From the NCBI GenBank assembly GCA_965224705.1, contig OZ245056.1, positions 2,144,001 to 2,208,000 on the forward strand: a stretch of 64,000 nt of DNA, given 5' to 3'. The stretch comes from Spirochaetaceae bacterium (GTDB lineage Bacteria > Spirochaetota > Spirochaetia > DSM-2461). The position numbers and the translations under genes were made by a program. This document shows positions 1-9,695 of this stretch, piece by piece. Position 1 is the stretch's first letter. Each line of letters begins with the position of its first letter. The notes beneath the pieces are model-generated. The model was not told the origin of the DNA, did not search any database, and saw only the letters and a list, made by a program, of their open reading frames with translations.

Positions 1-16
1 CAACAATCAGCGGGGA

Positions 17-1015
17 TTGATGGCCTATTTTGTCAATCAGGATTCCCTGCCTCAGATTCTCAGTCAGTGGCTCTGGGTTCTGGCCGCTCTTTATTTCATC
101 GCCTGTCTTTTTTTCCCCCTCTACATCAGTTCCCGCTTAATCATGCAGCTGCGTCGATCTGTGAGCCGTCTGGAAGAAGGGGCAAGGCAGGTGGAGCAGG
201 GTAACTTCCATTTCAGTATGGAAAAACTCAGTCACAGAGATGAACTGAAACCCCTCTCTGATGCGTTTCAGGCCATGCAAAAACAACTCCGTGAGGAGCA
301 AAATCAAAAAAAACGTTTTCTGATGGCGATCTCTCATGATTTGAAGACACCCCTCACCTCCATTAAAGGTTACCTGGAAGCCATTGAGGATGGAATGGCC
401 GACAATCCTGAAAAACTGGATGAGTATCTGAAAATTCTTCAGAGAAAATCAAATATTCTGGAAGCAAGAATCAATAGTCTGATTGATTTTTCCTGTCTGG
501 ATACGGAGTCCCTGAAACTGAAATCCTCTATTCCGATGAACCTGAATACCTTCCTCAATAGTCTTATACGAGATTACAGGAAGGATATGGAGATTTCGGG
601 GCATATTTTTCATTCTGATTACTCCCTGCCCAATTCAGCTGAGATTATGGCTGACCCAAACCTTTTGTACAGGGCATTCGAAAACATTCTGAAGAATGCA
701 CAGAATTACTGTGCCAGGGGATCAACAATTGAGCTGCGATCCTATCTGGAAGGAAACAGAGTCGTCTTCTTAATTACGGACAGGGGAAGGGGAGTGAGTG
801 AAGAGGAGCAGGCCCTCATCTTTGAACCATTTTTTAGAGGTGATTCAAGCAGGAATCAGGGCGGCATGGGGCTGGGACTGGCGTCTACAGATTTCATCAT
901 CAGGAATTATGGTGGAACTATCGAATACAAAAATCACCGCGGCGGCGGAGCAGAATTTCATATCACTCTGCCCCTTTATCAGGCAATAAACCAACCCCCG
1001 GGAGAGATAGAATGA
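17..1015 (+). CDS. Sensor histidine kinase (TM-HAMP-HisKA-HATPase); the frame is open to the window edge, so the true start is probably upstream
   Basis: H-box ISHDLKTPLTSI, N-box FENILKNA, G1 DRGRG, F-box IFEPFFR, G2 GMGLGL; HAMP-like segment after a TM helix. Confidence 0.93.
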   Translation: MMAYFVNQDSLPQILSQWLWVLAALYFIACLFFPLYISSRLIMQLRRSVSRLEEGARQVEQGNFHFSMEKLSHRDELKPLSDAFQAMQKQLREEQNQKKRFLMAISHDLKTPLTSIKGYLEAIEDGMADNPEKLDEYLKILQRKSNILEARINSLIDFSCLDTESLKLKSSIPMNLNTFLNSLIRDYRKDMEISGHIFHSDYSLPNSAEIMADPNLLYRAFENILKNAQNYCARGSTIELRSYLEGNRVVFLITDRGRGVSEEEQALIFEPFFRGDSSRNQGGMGLGLASTDFIIRNYGGTIEYKNHRGGGAEFHITLPLYQAINQPPGEIE

Positions 1016-1521
1016 GGAGAAGACTTATTGCAGTCGTCTTATTTCTTGTTCTGGCGGCCAGGATCTCAGCAGAAGAGAATGTGACAGGTCTGTGGAAAGG
1101 TGTTGGTAGTGGAAAGAAAGCCAATACAACATTTTTCGTCTATATCTATCAGTACATGGGCAGGATTTATGGCCGCCTGATTGCTACATTCACCGATGGT
1201 GTTGTTACGGACAGCATTAACAATCCAGTTGATCGCGGGAAGAAATGGGAGGGGAATCCCTATGTTTTCGGCATGGATATCATCTGGAAAATGGAACGGC
1301 ATGGATCCCGGTGGAGGAACGGCAAGATCTGTGATCCTCAGAGAGGAGGAATCTACGATGCTCAGGTATGGCGTGATGGTAAGAACCTGATTGTTCGAGG
1401 ACAAATAGGCCCTTTCGGGCAGAAAAAAATCTGGCATCCTGTTCAGCTGCATGAGATTCCTCCGAATCTGGATTACGGTGATCCTGGTACCTGGATACCG
1501 GCCATTCCTGAGAGGAAATAA
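1012..1521 (+). CDS. Secreted DUF2147-family protein
   Basis: Signal peptide; GLWK...IYGRL...GMDIIW...GKICDP.RG.IY...L.VRG pattern; ATGA overlap with the kinase gene. Confidence 0.75.
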   Translation: MRRRLIAVVLFLVLAARISAEENVTGLWKGVGSGKKANTTFFVYIYQYMGRIYGRLIATFTDGVVTDSINNPVDRGKKWEGNPYVFGMDIIWKMERHGSRWRNGKICDPQRGGIYDAQVWRDGKNLIVRGQIGPFGQKKIWHPVQLHEIPPNLDYGDPGTWIPAIPERK

Positions 1522-1596
1522 AATCAGGTGCCCGGAATACAATCATAGGCCATTGGGAAAGTGGTTGTTAAACGGGCTGTCGCGGCAGCAGGAAAA

Positions 1597-1638
1597 AAGG
1601 GCAAAAATCGAGCCGTGAGGCGTAAGTTCAACAGGCTC
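1597..1638 (+). repeat. Isolated right end of MITE family 1 (IS1182-like ends)
   Basis: aagggcaaaaatcgagccgtgaggcgtaagttcaacaggctc matches the right end of the 45337-45576 element. Confidence 0.75.
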
Positions 1639-1657
1639 CCAGATTCCAGGCCAGACT

Positions 1658-2902
1658 TCAATTGAAACGCAGGCTGCCCGGGATGTCCATTCTCAGTATT
1701 CTATGAGTGGAGAACATGGCAACCAGAACAGCCATACCCACACCCATGAAAAAGGCGAGTACCATGGTCAGTACATCCCATTCTCCATACATCTGTCCCT
1801 GAATTCTGTAGCCGAAACTGGTATCCCTCATAATCGCTGAATAGTCAATACCAAATCGGACCAATGGCCAGTTAATCAAGGCTCCAATTCCAACTCCAAT
1901 AATTCCACCGATGAATCCTATCCCTGCTGATTCCCAGAGAAAAAGACTGCGAATCTGTTTGTCTTTCATCCCAAGAGCCCGCATCATTCCCAGTTCCCTG
2001 ACTCTCTCATATACGGCCATCAGCATGGTATTGGATATTCCAACTCCAGCGATTATGAGAATCAAGAGTATTATAACTCCCGAACTGCCAGCTTCCGCCT
2101 GTGACATGGTAATGAAGTCTTCTCCAAGAGTTTGCCAGTTCAATGCCTCCAATCCTGCTTCATTGATTTTGGGGACTAAGGCTGCAAATTTACTGTCAGC
2201 AGCAGAGTTCTCACCAAAAGAGACATTGATCTCAGTGACCATTCCCCCCATCTCCAATAATTCATCCGCTGTCGACAGGGGAAGGAACATCCCTGATCGG
2301 GTGATTTCGGGGTTTGGGCAATTGATGATGCCCACGATTTCCAGATCAAATACTTGAGCATAATTGTCTTTGGTCTGGGTTTCCACGAGTACCATGCTGC
2401 CAACTTCGGCGCCAATGTCTTCTGCGAGCCAATGACCGATAACAAGACCGTACTCGTCTTCTCTCAACCATCGGCCTTCCACAAGACTTTCATGTACCTT
2501 GAAGACTTCAGCGTCCTGTATTGGGTGGATGGCAGTGAATTTCCCTGGAATACTTCCATCCTCGGGGAAGGGATCTTTGTAGAAGATCAGATCTCCGCCA
2601 AAGCTTACTCGCGGAGTGTAGGATGCCCCGGAATCCGCGAGGAGAGATTCTACCAGGGCTGGATCAAAGGACTTTCCCAGAGGAAGAGTACTTCTCTTTT
2701 CCCAGTATCCTGGAGCCATAATTCGGCCAGAAGCCGTTTCATATAAACGCAGATTCTTAATTGATTCTGAATTGACACCGAGAAGGAGGGAACGGACCAG
2801 AATGAGCATTGAAAGTCCAAAGGCAATGGCTCCAGATGTGATCATTGTGCGTTTTCTGTAACGGGTCAGGTTCAGCAAAGCTATCTTTGGAATGAATCTC
2901 AT
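1658..2902 (-). CDS. ABC transporter permease, FtsX/MacB/LolE family
   Basis: N-terminal NLTRYRKRT plus TM helix, large periplasmic domain, C-terminal NTMLMAVYERVRELGMMRALG motif with 3 TMs. Confidence 0.9.
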   Translation of the reverse strand: MRFIPKIALLNLTRYRKRTMITSGAIAFGLSMLILVRSLLLGVNSESIKNLRLYETASGRIMAPGYWEKRSTLPLGKSFDPALVESLLADSGASYTPRVSFGGDLIFYKDPFPEDGSIPGKFTAIHPIQDAEVFKVHESLVEGRWLREDEYGLVIGHWLAEDIGAEVGSMVLVETQTKDNYAQVFDLEIVGIINCPNPEITRSGMFLPLSTADELLEMGGMVTEINVSFGENSAADSKFAALVPKINEAGLEALNWQTLGEDFITMSQAEAGSSGVIILLILIIAGVGISNTMLMAVYERVRELGMMRALGMKDKQIRSLFLWESAGIGFIGGIIGVGIGALINWPLVRFGIDYSAIMRDTSFGYRIQGQMYGEWDVLTMVLAFFMGVGMAVLVAMFSTHRILRMDIPGSLRFN

Positions 2903-2943
2903 TATCGAGCCTCATGAATACATTCGTCTTCAAGGTTCTATAC

Positions 2944-3016
2944 AGGCGCCGAGCGGATTCGAACCGCTGCATGATGGATTTGCAATCCACTCCCTTAGCC
3001 ACTTGGGTACGGCGCC
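2944..3016 (-). tRNA. tRNA-Cys(GCA)
   Basis: Minus strand GGCGCCG/CGGCGCC acceptor stem, anticodon loop TTGCAAA, AGCGG-TTCGAAT-CCGCT T arm, U73 discriminator; CCA not encoded. Confidence 0.97.
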
Positions 3017-3262
3017 GGATTTAAGGAAATATAAAGCTTTGCTGGATGAATGTCCACAACGTTTCTTTAGAAAGTCACTCTTTTCATAAAATGTCGAGAA
3101 CTGCCCGGAAAGTCTCTGTGATGCCTTCATGGACATTGCCTGGAAACCATTCATTCTGGTGCATCTTCTGCACAAAGAATCATTTCACCCTGGCTGTCTG
3201 CTCGTTCAAGAATCAATTCCCGGGCAGGTGGGGCTGATTCCAATCCATTGAAGTCATCAGAG

Positions 3263-3315
3263 GAGTCTGTCGGACTTTAAGACTTCGAGCCGTGAGGCGG
3301 AAGTCCGACAGGCTC
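3263..3315. mobile_element. 53-bp MITE, family 1, with 4-bp target duplication AGAG
   Basis: TIR GAGTCTGTCGGACTT / AAGTCCGACAGGCTC; AGAG on both flanks; near-identical copy at 39757-39809. Confidence 0.85.
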
Positions 3316-3459
3316 AGAGGGTAATGCTGTCAGTTATCCATCAGCAAAGCAGGATCTCCAAAGTACAGACCCGGGTTTCCATATTTCTGCATTTCTTCAG
3401 TCAACATATCTGCGGTCATGGGATTCAGGTAATTCGCCAGGGGGAATTTGATTGCTATG

Positions 3460-3680
3460 CAGTGTCAGGAAGCCTGTAAGAGTCTGGTTTCATCAAAACT
3501 CGGTTAGGTGACGATTCATACCTGATATAACAGCTCAATACTTCTGCATCGCTGTAAATCGGCAAATCACAATTTGGAATGATAAGAGATCCCGTGGCAG
3601 GAGATATGTAATCTCTTATCCTATCAGATATAATTCATAGGTGGGAACACTCGTTTCATTTAACAAGCTTCCTGACACTG
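3460..3680. mobile_element. 221-bp inverted-repeat element, family 2 (CAGTGTCAGGAAGC ends)
   Basis: CAGTGTCAGGAAGCCTGTAA ... TTAACAAGCTTCCTGACACTG; interior alignable in reverse orientation to 50879-51102. Confidence 0.8.
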
Positions 3681-3688
3681 GGAAATCC

Positions 3689-6574
3689 CTACAGGAATCT
3701 CCGTCTTTGTGCTTCATCCATTAGAAGCTTATTCCAATGATTTGCATTAAGCCATGCATGTTTGGTTTGACTATCGTCAATTCGACCTGCACGAGTTTGG
3801 AGGTCGTTGAAAGCACGACTTATATGACGGGTGTGGAAAGCTGTTTCATCCTTCGGTGCTCCGAGGGCTGCCCACAATGCGTATTGGTAACTAAAAGGTT
3901 TCAAGCTTCGATGTCCACCTCTTTTCAACAGGGATTCCAGACGGTTTATGTTCTCAGTTTCTCCTCTACAAGAAAGGAAATAAGACTTCATCCCAACGAT
4001 TTGTTCACCCAGTACATCGAGAGGCGTTGACATATCGGCCAACCTTCCCTCAATTGGAAAATATCCATCAGACCAGTCATCAGCTTCCCCCTGCAGTTTG
4101 ACACTGTGTCTTTCTTTTTCAGTTGCCAGATGCAGTAATGCTATTGCTTCGTCAGAATTTCCATTCAGCCATGCGTGTTCGGCAAGGAAGGCAAGAGCTT
4201 CTCTATGCGTGCGATATTGTTCAAGAATTCTCCTGCCATTACTATCATTCTGAGCCAATAAACAACGTCCTTTCCATATTGTCATTACGCGGTGTTCGGC
4301 TGTTAAACTGTAAAATTCAGCAACTTTGCAGCCTTCAATAGCAATTGAACAGGCATTACTATATGCCCCTGTCTCCCAAAATATACGCAATTCAATGAGA
4401 GTTAAAAGCAGCCAGAGATCCACTCGTTTTTCCTTCTGGGCAGAGTTGCAATTTAACCTGCATTCCTGAGCACATTTGGAGAGATTTCCGAATATGAATT
4501 GAGCTACAGTTTCCAGTGCTGCCGCTCTTAATACTCCCCAGGTTGCACCTATCTGTGTGCCAATTCTGTGTGCAATACTGAAATGCTCCAATGCTTCCCG
4601 AACATTGCCAAGTGCAAGAAGTGCCAGAGCCAATTCAATATGAGCATAGGTTTCACTTTTATGATTCCCAGCTTTCTGATATTCAAATAGAGCTTCTTTG
4701 CTTGTGCTCAGGGCATTTTTCCAATTACCAACCGAGTATGAATACAATGCATCATGCAAACCAGACGTTTTGCCTGAATGGTTAAACGCCTTATCAATGT
4801 CACCAGAAAGAAGATTCAGTCTCATCCTGGCATTGCTGAGAATGCTCTGCAGGAGATCTGTTTCTTTCCCGTCAAGTTTGGCTGACAGATTATGAGTATC
4901 ATTGAGGAGTTTTCCAGCCAACTTCAGATTTCTCTGGGTAATCAAAGAATCCAGAAGCCTGTCAAGAATAACAATACTGTAATTAATCGGCCCCCAAATT
5001 GCCAGATAATGGTAGAGATGTAATGGATCAATCGGGTTCCCTGATTCATAGAGCTGGTAAAGATATCGACCAAAGTTTTCAGCCTCTTTCAAATAATCAG
5101 AATTCTTACCAGGAATTTTTAAGTCCGCATCCGGGAAACTACGAATTCGGCCATCTTGTTCTTCATGGATTAATCCCAGAGAAAGCAATTCATTAATGCG
5201 TCCCAGTTCATAAATCTGATCATCAGTATCGGAAAACCTCTGAATTATTAATTCCCGGGTGATCATCCCGGATGCAGAGAAGGCGAGAAACAGTGTTGTG
5301 CGTGAAGCCGCACTCAAAGTTTCAACCAGTGTCTGGCAGGAGTTTGAAGCCAGTTTGATTCCAGATTCTCTGTTCAGAAGCATATGGAACAGCTTGTAAA
5401 GATTACCAGCACATTGATCGGCGATACTCTTCAGTTCCCGCCCTCCGGGTCCATCATCAATGGATGCATCCTTAATTACCTGGACCCATGCTTTTGAAGT
5501 GGAGAAATCAAAGCCAACTTCACGTCGCATACCAGGTAGTGGGATATCCTCTGAGTAGTCACTGGAGTCCCGGATAATAATCAATCGGAATCCCTTCTCA
5601 TCAATCAATTCAGTCAGGATTGACCTGAGCAGAACAACGGATTCCGATCCTGGATTCAAACCATCAAAAATTATATAGGCAGGTCTTCCTTTTTTATATC
5701 GACTCCCACTGAATGCTTTGAAGTAAAGACTGTAGGCATGAACTACATCAACAGATTGTTGATCGGAAACTGATTCCCAATTCTTGTTTTGTTTCAGTTT
5801 CTGGATCAATTTGCTGCCTGTTGAATGCCACCATTGAACTTCTTCCTGGTTCAAATAATCTTCAACTGAAAAACTTGTATTCATCACAGCTCGGGAGAAA
5901 GGTTCCATTGGGTTTCCGTATCGGTCAGAACATGGCAGGATCACGGATGCACCTCCATCATCCGGGTAAAGCTGCCGTAATGCCTCAAACAGTGTTGCAC
6001 GTTTACCGGAGCCTGGTTTTCCACGAATGAGAAGTACACGATTGTCAATATTCTTTTTCTCCATTGTTTCCAGGATCCTCTTAACTATATTGAACTTATC
6101 ATGACGAATTAAAAGTTTTGGAAGTCTTTCTTCCAGTCGTAAGCCAACATCCTTCAGAGAATCAATCCGCATTATTTCACCAAAGTCTGAAAGATTAAAA
6201 AGAGTCTTGAAGTCCTGCTGCAGTGACGGAGCCAACCACATTCTATTATCATCAGACGTATGCAGGATAAGGGATTCAAAGTCTTCCATTGGTGAGAACT
6301 CATCCCCCCCTCTTCCAACAAGTACAGTTGTTCCATATAAATCATTGCCCCTCTGCTGAAGCATCGATTGCATGGCACAGGCTGCTTCGGCTGTTCTTCT
6401 CACAGACTCGCTGGGAGCATTTTGAAATCGGTAGAGATACTGCTGTTCAAGGCAGCCACCAAACCGAAAGGCTATCTTATCAAGATTTTGAGAAATCTGC
6501 TGAACAAGATCCGGGTAGAGTTTTGTTAGTTGATCAATATGGGATATCCCAATATAAATTATGTAGGAATGCAT
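3689..6574 (-). CDS. Large P-loop NTPase-like protein with C-terminal TPR-like helical repeats
   Basis: 961-aa ORF; LLIRGKPGSGKR Walker A-like, YIIFDG Walker B-like, Ala/Leu-rich helical repeats in the C-terminal third. Confidence 0.6.
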   Translation of the reverse strand: MHSYIIYIGISHIDQLTKLYPDLVQQISQNLDKIAFRFGGCLEQQYLYRFQNAPSESVRRTAEAACAMQSMLQQRGNDLYGTTVLVGRGGDEFSPMEDFESLILHTSDDNRMWLAPSLQQDFKTLFNLSDFGEIMRIDSLKDVGLRLEERLPKLLIRHDKFNIVKRILETMEKKNIDNRVLLIRGKPGSGKRATLFEALRQLYPDDGGASVILPCSDRYGNPMEPFSRAVMNTSFSVEDYLNQEEVQWWHSTGSKLIQKLKQNKNWESVSDQQSVDVVHAYSLYFKAFSGSRYKKGRPAYIIFDGLNPGSESVVLLRSILTELIDEKGFRLIIIRDSSDYSEDIPLPGMRREVGFDFSTSKAWVQVIKDASIDDGPGGRELKSIADQCAGNLYKLFHMLLNRESGIKLASNSCQTLVETLSAASRTTLFLAFSASGMITRELIIQRFSDTDDQIYELGRINELLSLGLIHEEQDGRIRSFPDADLKIPGKNSDYLKEAENFGRYLYQLYESGNPIDPLHLYHYLAIWGPINYSIVILDRLLDSLITQRNLKLAGKLLNDTHNLSAKLDGKETDLLQSILSNARMRLNLLSGDIDKAFNHSGKTSGLHDALYSYSVGNWKNALSTSKEALFEYQKAGNHKSETYAHIELALALLALGNVREALEHFSIAHRIGTQIGATWGVLRAAALETVAQFIFGNLSKCAQECRLNCNSAQKEKRVDLWLLLTLIELRIFWETGAYSNACSIAIEGCKVAEFYSLTAEHRVMTIWKGRCLLAQNDSNGRRILEQYRTHREALAFLAEHAWLNGNSDEAIALLHLATEKERHSVKLQGEADDWSDGYFPIEGRLADMSTPLDVLGEQIVGMKSYFLSCRGETENINRLESLLKRGGHRSLKPFSYQYALWAALGAPKDETAFHTRHISRAFNDLQTRAGRIDDSQTKHAWLNANHWNKLLMDEAQRRRFL

Positions 6575-6610
6575 AATTTAAGTCCTGTTTCATCCTGAAA
6601 GGCAAAAGTA

Positions 6611-7219
6611 ATGAATTACATATTATACGGAAGTAGAAAGCTTAAACAATTCACCATGCTGTTCAGTCATAAAGAAAAGTCTTATAGAATAATAGAACGA
6701 GTCAACAGGATTAATATACCCTTTGTACCTCTTGCGGATGAATATATTCATTATGCACTTCAGGAATTACTTGATAACTCATGGCAGGCACACCGGAATA
6801 AGGGAATCACGGGTTGGATCAGATTGATGCTCAGGGTGCAGGACAGCAATCTTGAAATTACAATTACAGATCAGGGAGGAGGATTTGATATCTCTAATCT
6901 CCCGTATAACTGGAATGACAATGTAAACGATATTGATACGACCGGTGACCCGTTCAAAAATTACAGAATGAAGCACAACTACAGGAAATGTGGCGTAGGA
7001 CTCATTTCTGTCAGGCGGCTTTTCCCGGTGTTTGATCTATCCTTTTACAACAGAGATGGTCAGGATGTGCCCTGGTCGTCCGGCGATGCGGCAGGAACCA
7101 GGGTCTCCGTGCTGCTTGAGGGATCATCAGCTTCGGCAGGAACTTCCGTTACTGGTAGTTTTGAGAGATCCAGAGCCCACTGTTCAACAAACCAGTTCGT
7201 ATCTTCCAGGATCAGATAA
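6611..7219 (+). CDS. Stand-alone HATPase_c (GHKL / RsbW-like) ATP-binding protein
   Basis: ALQELLDNS (N box), ITDQGGGFD (G1), GVGLISV (G2), GTRV; no HisKA domain; start may be 6656. Confidence 0.7.
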   Translation: MNYILYGSRKLKQFTMLFSHKEKSYRIIERVNRINIPFVPLADEYIHYALQELLDNSWQAHRNKGITGWIRLMLRVQDSNLEITITDQGGGFDISNLPYNWNDNVNDIDTTGDPFKNYRMKHNYRKCGVGLISVRRLFPVFDLSFYNRDGQDVPWSSGDAAGTRVSVLLEGSSASAGTSVTGSFERSRAHCSTNQFVSSRIR

Positions 7220-7644
7220 ACATGACCATATTCAAACCTGTCGTCAATAGATAAACGAATGGGCAGAGTAACGCGATCTTCATTCCTCTCCGGCAGCCCA
7301 TAGCAGCGATCCGCTTCCCGAGAACCAGCTTCAAGCAACTGGAGAAATTCTCTTTTCAAGGGCAGTTCCACTGTTTTGTAAAAAACCTCGGATGGGACCT
7401 GCCCCTCTTCTACTGCGTTAAACACAGTTTCGCATGCTTCCCAGGCTCCTTCCCAGGACACATCTCTTTTTCGGATGTCAGCCAGTTTTCCCATCTTTTC
7501 ATCATCAGGTAAACTTGTTTGACCATGATGAATACTGATGAATTCCTCCCAACGCTTATTGAGAGGAGATTGCCCGAAGAGGACAGCACATGAAGCTGTA
7601 AAAAGGCTGATAAGTATAAAAAATCGCCGATACCTGAATATCAT
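7060..7644 (-). CDS. Hypothetical exported protein
   Basis: Signal-peptide-like N-terminus; ATGA coupling to the upstream gene at 7641-7644. Confidence 0.6.
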   Translation of the reverse strand: MIFRYRRFFILISLFTASCAVLFGQSPLNKRWEEFISIHHGQTSLPDDEKMGKLADIRKRDVSWEGAWEACETVFNAVEEGQVPSEVFYKTVELPLKREFLQLLEAGSREADRCYGLPERNEDRVTLPIRLSIDDRFEYGHVYLILEDTNWFVEQWALDLSKLPVTEVPAEADDPSSSTETLVPAASPDDQGTS

Positions 7645-8747
7645 AGCTTCAAAAGATCACTGATATCATCCATCGAGATATCAAGATTACCAGAATTATC
7701 CCGTTCCTTTGCAGGCAGGTATTCTTCATTATATATTCTTGCCAGTCGATACGTTTCATCAGTCGAGTAATCAGGATTGATTTTCACTTCCAGATTGTAA
7801 CTTTTCTCTGACATGCCTCTCATCATGACATTGACTGGATCACTTGTTGTCAGTGCAAGGTGTGTGCTGTATGAGATGAGTATCATCAGTATCACCGCCA
7901 GAGTTGTGAGGAAAACAGTAAGGTTTAACTTTGCACGGGATACTGCAATTGGTCTGGTATCGAACCAGACAGTGTAGGAGTTGACATTGCTAATGAGATA
8001 ATCGCCCGGTCCCAAATCATTTATCAATGACATCCCTGTGCCCTGCGGATAAATTGCTCCATTGCCGTCTTTGATCGTTAATATCATGGGTCGAGTTCGA
8101 ACCAGGGTTTCTATTTCGCTTGATTCTGTTCTGTCAGAATGTAATTGTCCCAGGTATCCCATGGCGGCTTGCTGCTCTGTCTGCATTGACTGCTCAACAT
8201 CAGCGTTATCCATCAATGTAAAAGCAGCGCCGATGATCATGTTTGTAATGATCAAAGTTGCCGCAACAGTTGTAATTATTCTTATTGTATGACGTTGAAT
8301 CATGACGGAATTAGCAAATCGTATACGTTGGAACAGCTTCAGCAGCCGGAGTAAGCGAAGAATTCTGGCTATGCGGACAACCTTCACGATTTTGAGCATG
8401 CTCATCAAAGAACCAGTTCCTGCGAATGTGGAGTTGCTGAGATAGGAAAGAAATTCCGGTGTTGATGAAAACAGGAGCAGGGGTACCGATGCCGCAAAGT
8501 CTACCCAGCCGTTCCTGAATAGCAGGTACCGGCCAAATTGTTTGTGACTCAGAGCATTCCAGCTGCGCACAAGGAACTCAATAGTAAAAAATAGATCAAA
8601 AGCAAAGCCGGTCAGGATGAATATCCTCCGTATTTCCCAGGACTTTCCCAGTATCACCATCGAATCTTCAAGAAGAGTTTGCATTAAAACCAATACTATG
8701 GCTGTAGTGACCAATCCTTCAAAGAAAGATGAAAACTTACTTTTCAC
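7641..8747 (-). CDS. Membrane protein with an Ion_trans-like voltage-sensor (S1-S4) domain and a HAMP-like tail
   Basis: DLFFTIEFLVR (S2), NGWVDF (S3), KVVRIARILRLLRLLKLFQRIR (S4, basic residue every third position); two more TMs flanking a soluble loop; no GYG pore signature. Confidence 0.7.
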   Translation of the reverse strand: MKSKFSSFFEGLVTTAIVLVLMQTLLEDSMVILGKSWEIRRIFILTGFAFDLFFTIEFLVRSWNALSHKQFGRYLLFRNGWVDFAASVPLLLFSSTPEFLSYLSNSTFAGTGSLMSMLKIVKVVRIARILRLLRLLKLFQRIRFANSVMIQRHTIRIITTVAATLIITNMIIGAAFTLMDNADVEQSMQTEQQAAMGYLGQLHSDRTESSEIETLVRTRPMILTIKDGNGAIYPQGTGMSLINDLGPGDYLISNVNSYTVWFDTRPIAVSRAKLNLTVFLTTLAVILMILISYSTHLALTTSDPVNVMMRGMSEKSYNLEVKINPDYSTDETYRLARIYNEEYLPAKERDNSGNLDISMDDISDLLKL

Positions 8748-8750
8748 AAC

Positions 8751-9662
8751 TTACCATCCATTTTCAGCAGCAATATATTGAAGTTCATACAGCATATCCA
8801 GATCAAAACCATGAAATTTATAATTTTTGCGGGCAACACTGAACCAACTCTTATCTGAGGTTTCTGCCCCTCTCTCAATTGCCATACCAGATCTCATATT
8901 ATAGCATCGGTGGGAAAAAATTGAAGCCAGGCGAGATGTCGCTTCCATCCGGGGGTTTTCAGCAAATTTCAAATAACTGTTAATCCCCGATAGAATTAAA
9001 TCTTTTGGAAGAAAGCGAATTTTTCTCATGAGCTCAAGGGTGACTTTGTCAATAACAGCTTGATTTATTTTTAACTGCTCACCACTCACCGGAGCATAGT
9101 AATGTACAGCAGCCCTGAGCAGCATTGTCATTTTAACGAAGTTGAAAATCTGTTTGTGCTCCATATTCAGTCTTTGAACCTTTTTCAATGCTATGCTTAT
9201 GTGTTTGTTTCGATGAAACGAATGGGTTAGGTATCGATCGATCATTCCTGAGGCGATACAAATCGCAGGGCCAGTCAGTTCCTTCCTTGATTCGGGCTTG
9301 CTTGACAGTGTCAGCAGAAGTTGACCAATTTCGGCTTCATATTCAGCAACATCGACAACTCGGGTATTCATGGTTCGAATGAATTTGAAATCAATGTGGT
9401 TATTCGTAAGCGATTGGAAGTATTCCTGAAGACTCCCGTTTCCCAGTTGAGTTATCGATTCTTTGAGATGCGACTTGATAATAGACCATGAAATACCCGG
9501 GAAGAATGCGGGAGATGTCATGGTGTTCTGCAGCACATCGGCATTGACATCAATGAACAGATGGAGTTGAGCTTCCTTTTGAAGTGGAGATAAACCACTG
9601 AGAGATGGATTTTCCCACAGTCGTCGAACAAATTGTTCTACTTTGTTTTCATCAATATACAT
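8751..9662 (-). CDS. Hypothetical protein
   Basis: 303-aa ORF with natural composition, first gene of a tightly packed 3-gene minus-strand operon. Confidence 0.7.
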   Translation of the reverse strand: MYIDENKVEQFVRRLWENPSLSGLSPLQKEAQLHLFIDVNADVLQNTMTSPAFFPGISWSIIKSHLKESITQLGNGSLQEYFQSLTNNHIDFKFIRTMNTRVVDVAEYEAEIGQLLLTLSSKPESRKELTGPAICIASGMIDRYLTHSFHRNKHISIALKKVQRLNMEHKQIFNFVKMTMLLRAAVHYYAPVSGEQLKINQAVIDKVTLELMRKIRFLPKDLILSGINSYLKFAENPRMEATSRLASIFSHRCYNMRSGMAIERGAETSDKSWFSVARKNYKFHGFDLDMLYELQYIAAENGW

Positions 9663-9695
9663 AACAGTTTGTTAAGACCCTTTTCCACACTCATT

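Noticed and set aside
3020..3455. Short ORFs between tRNA-Cys and the family-2 element
   Set aside because: Only short stop-interrupted frames around a MITE; possibly a gene relic but no recognisable motif.
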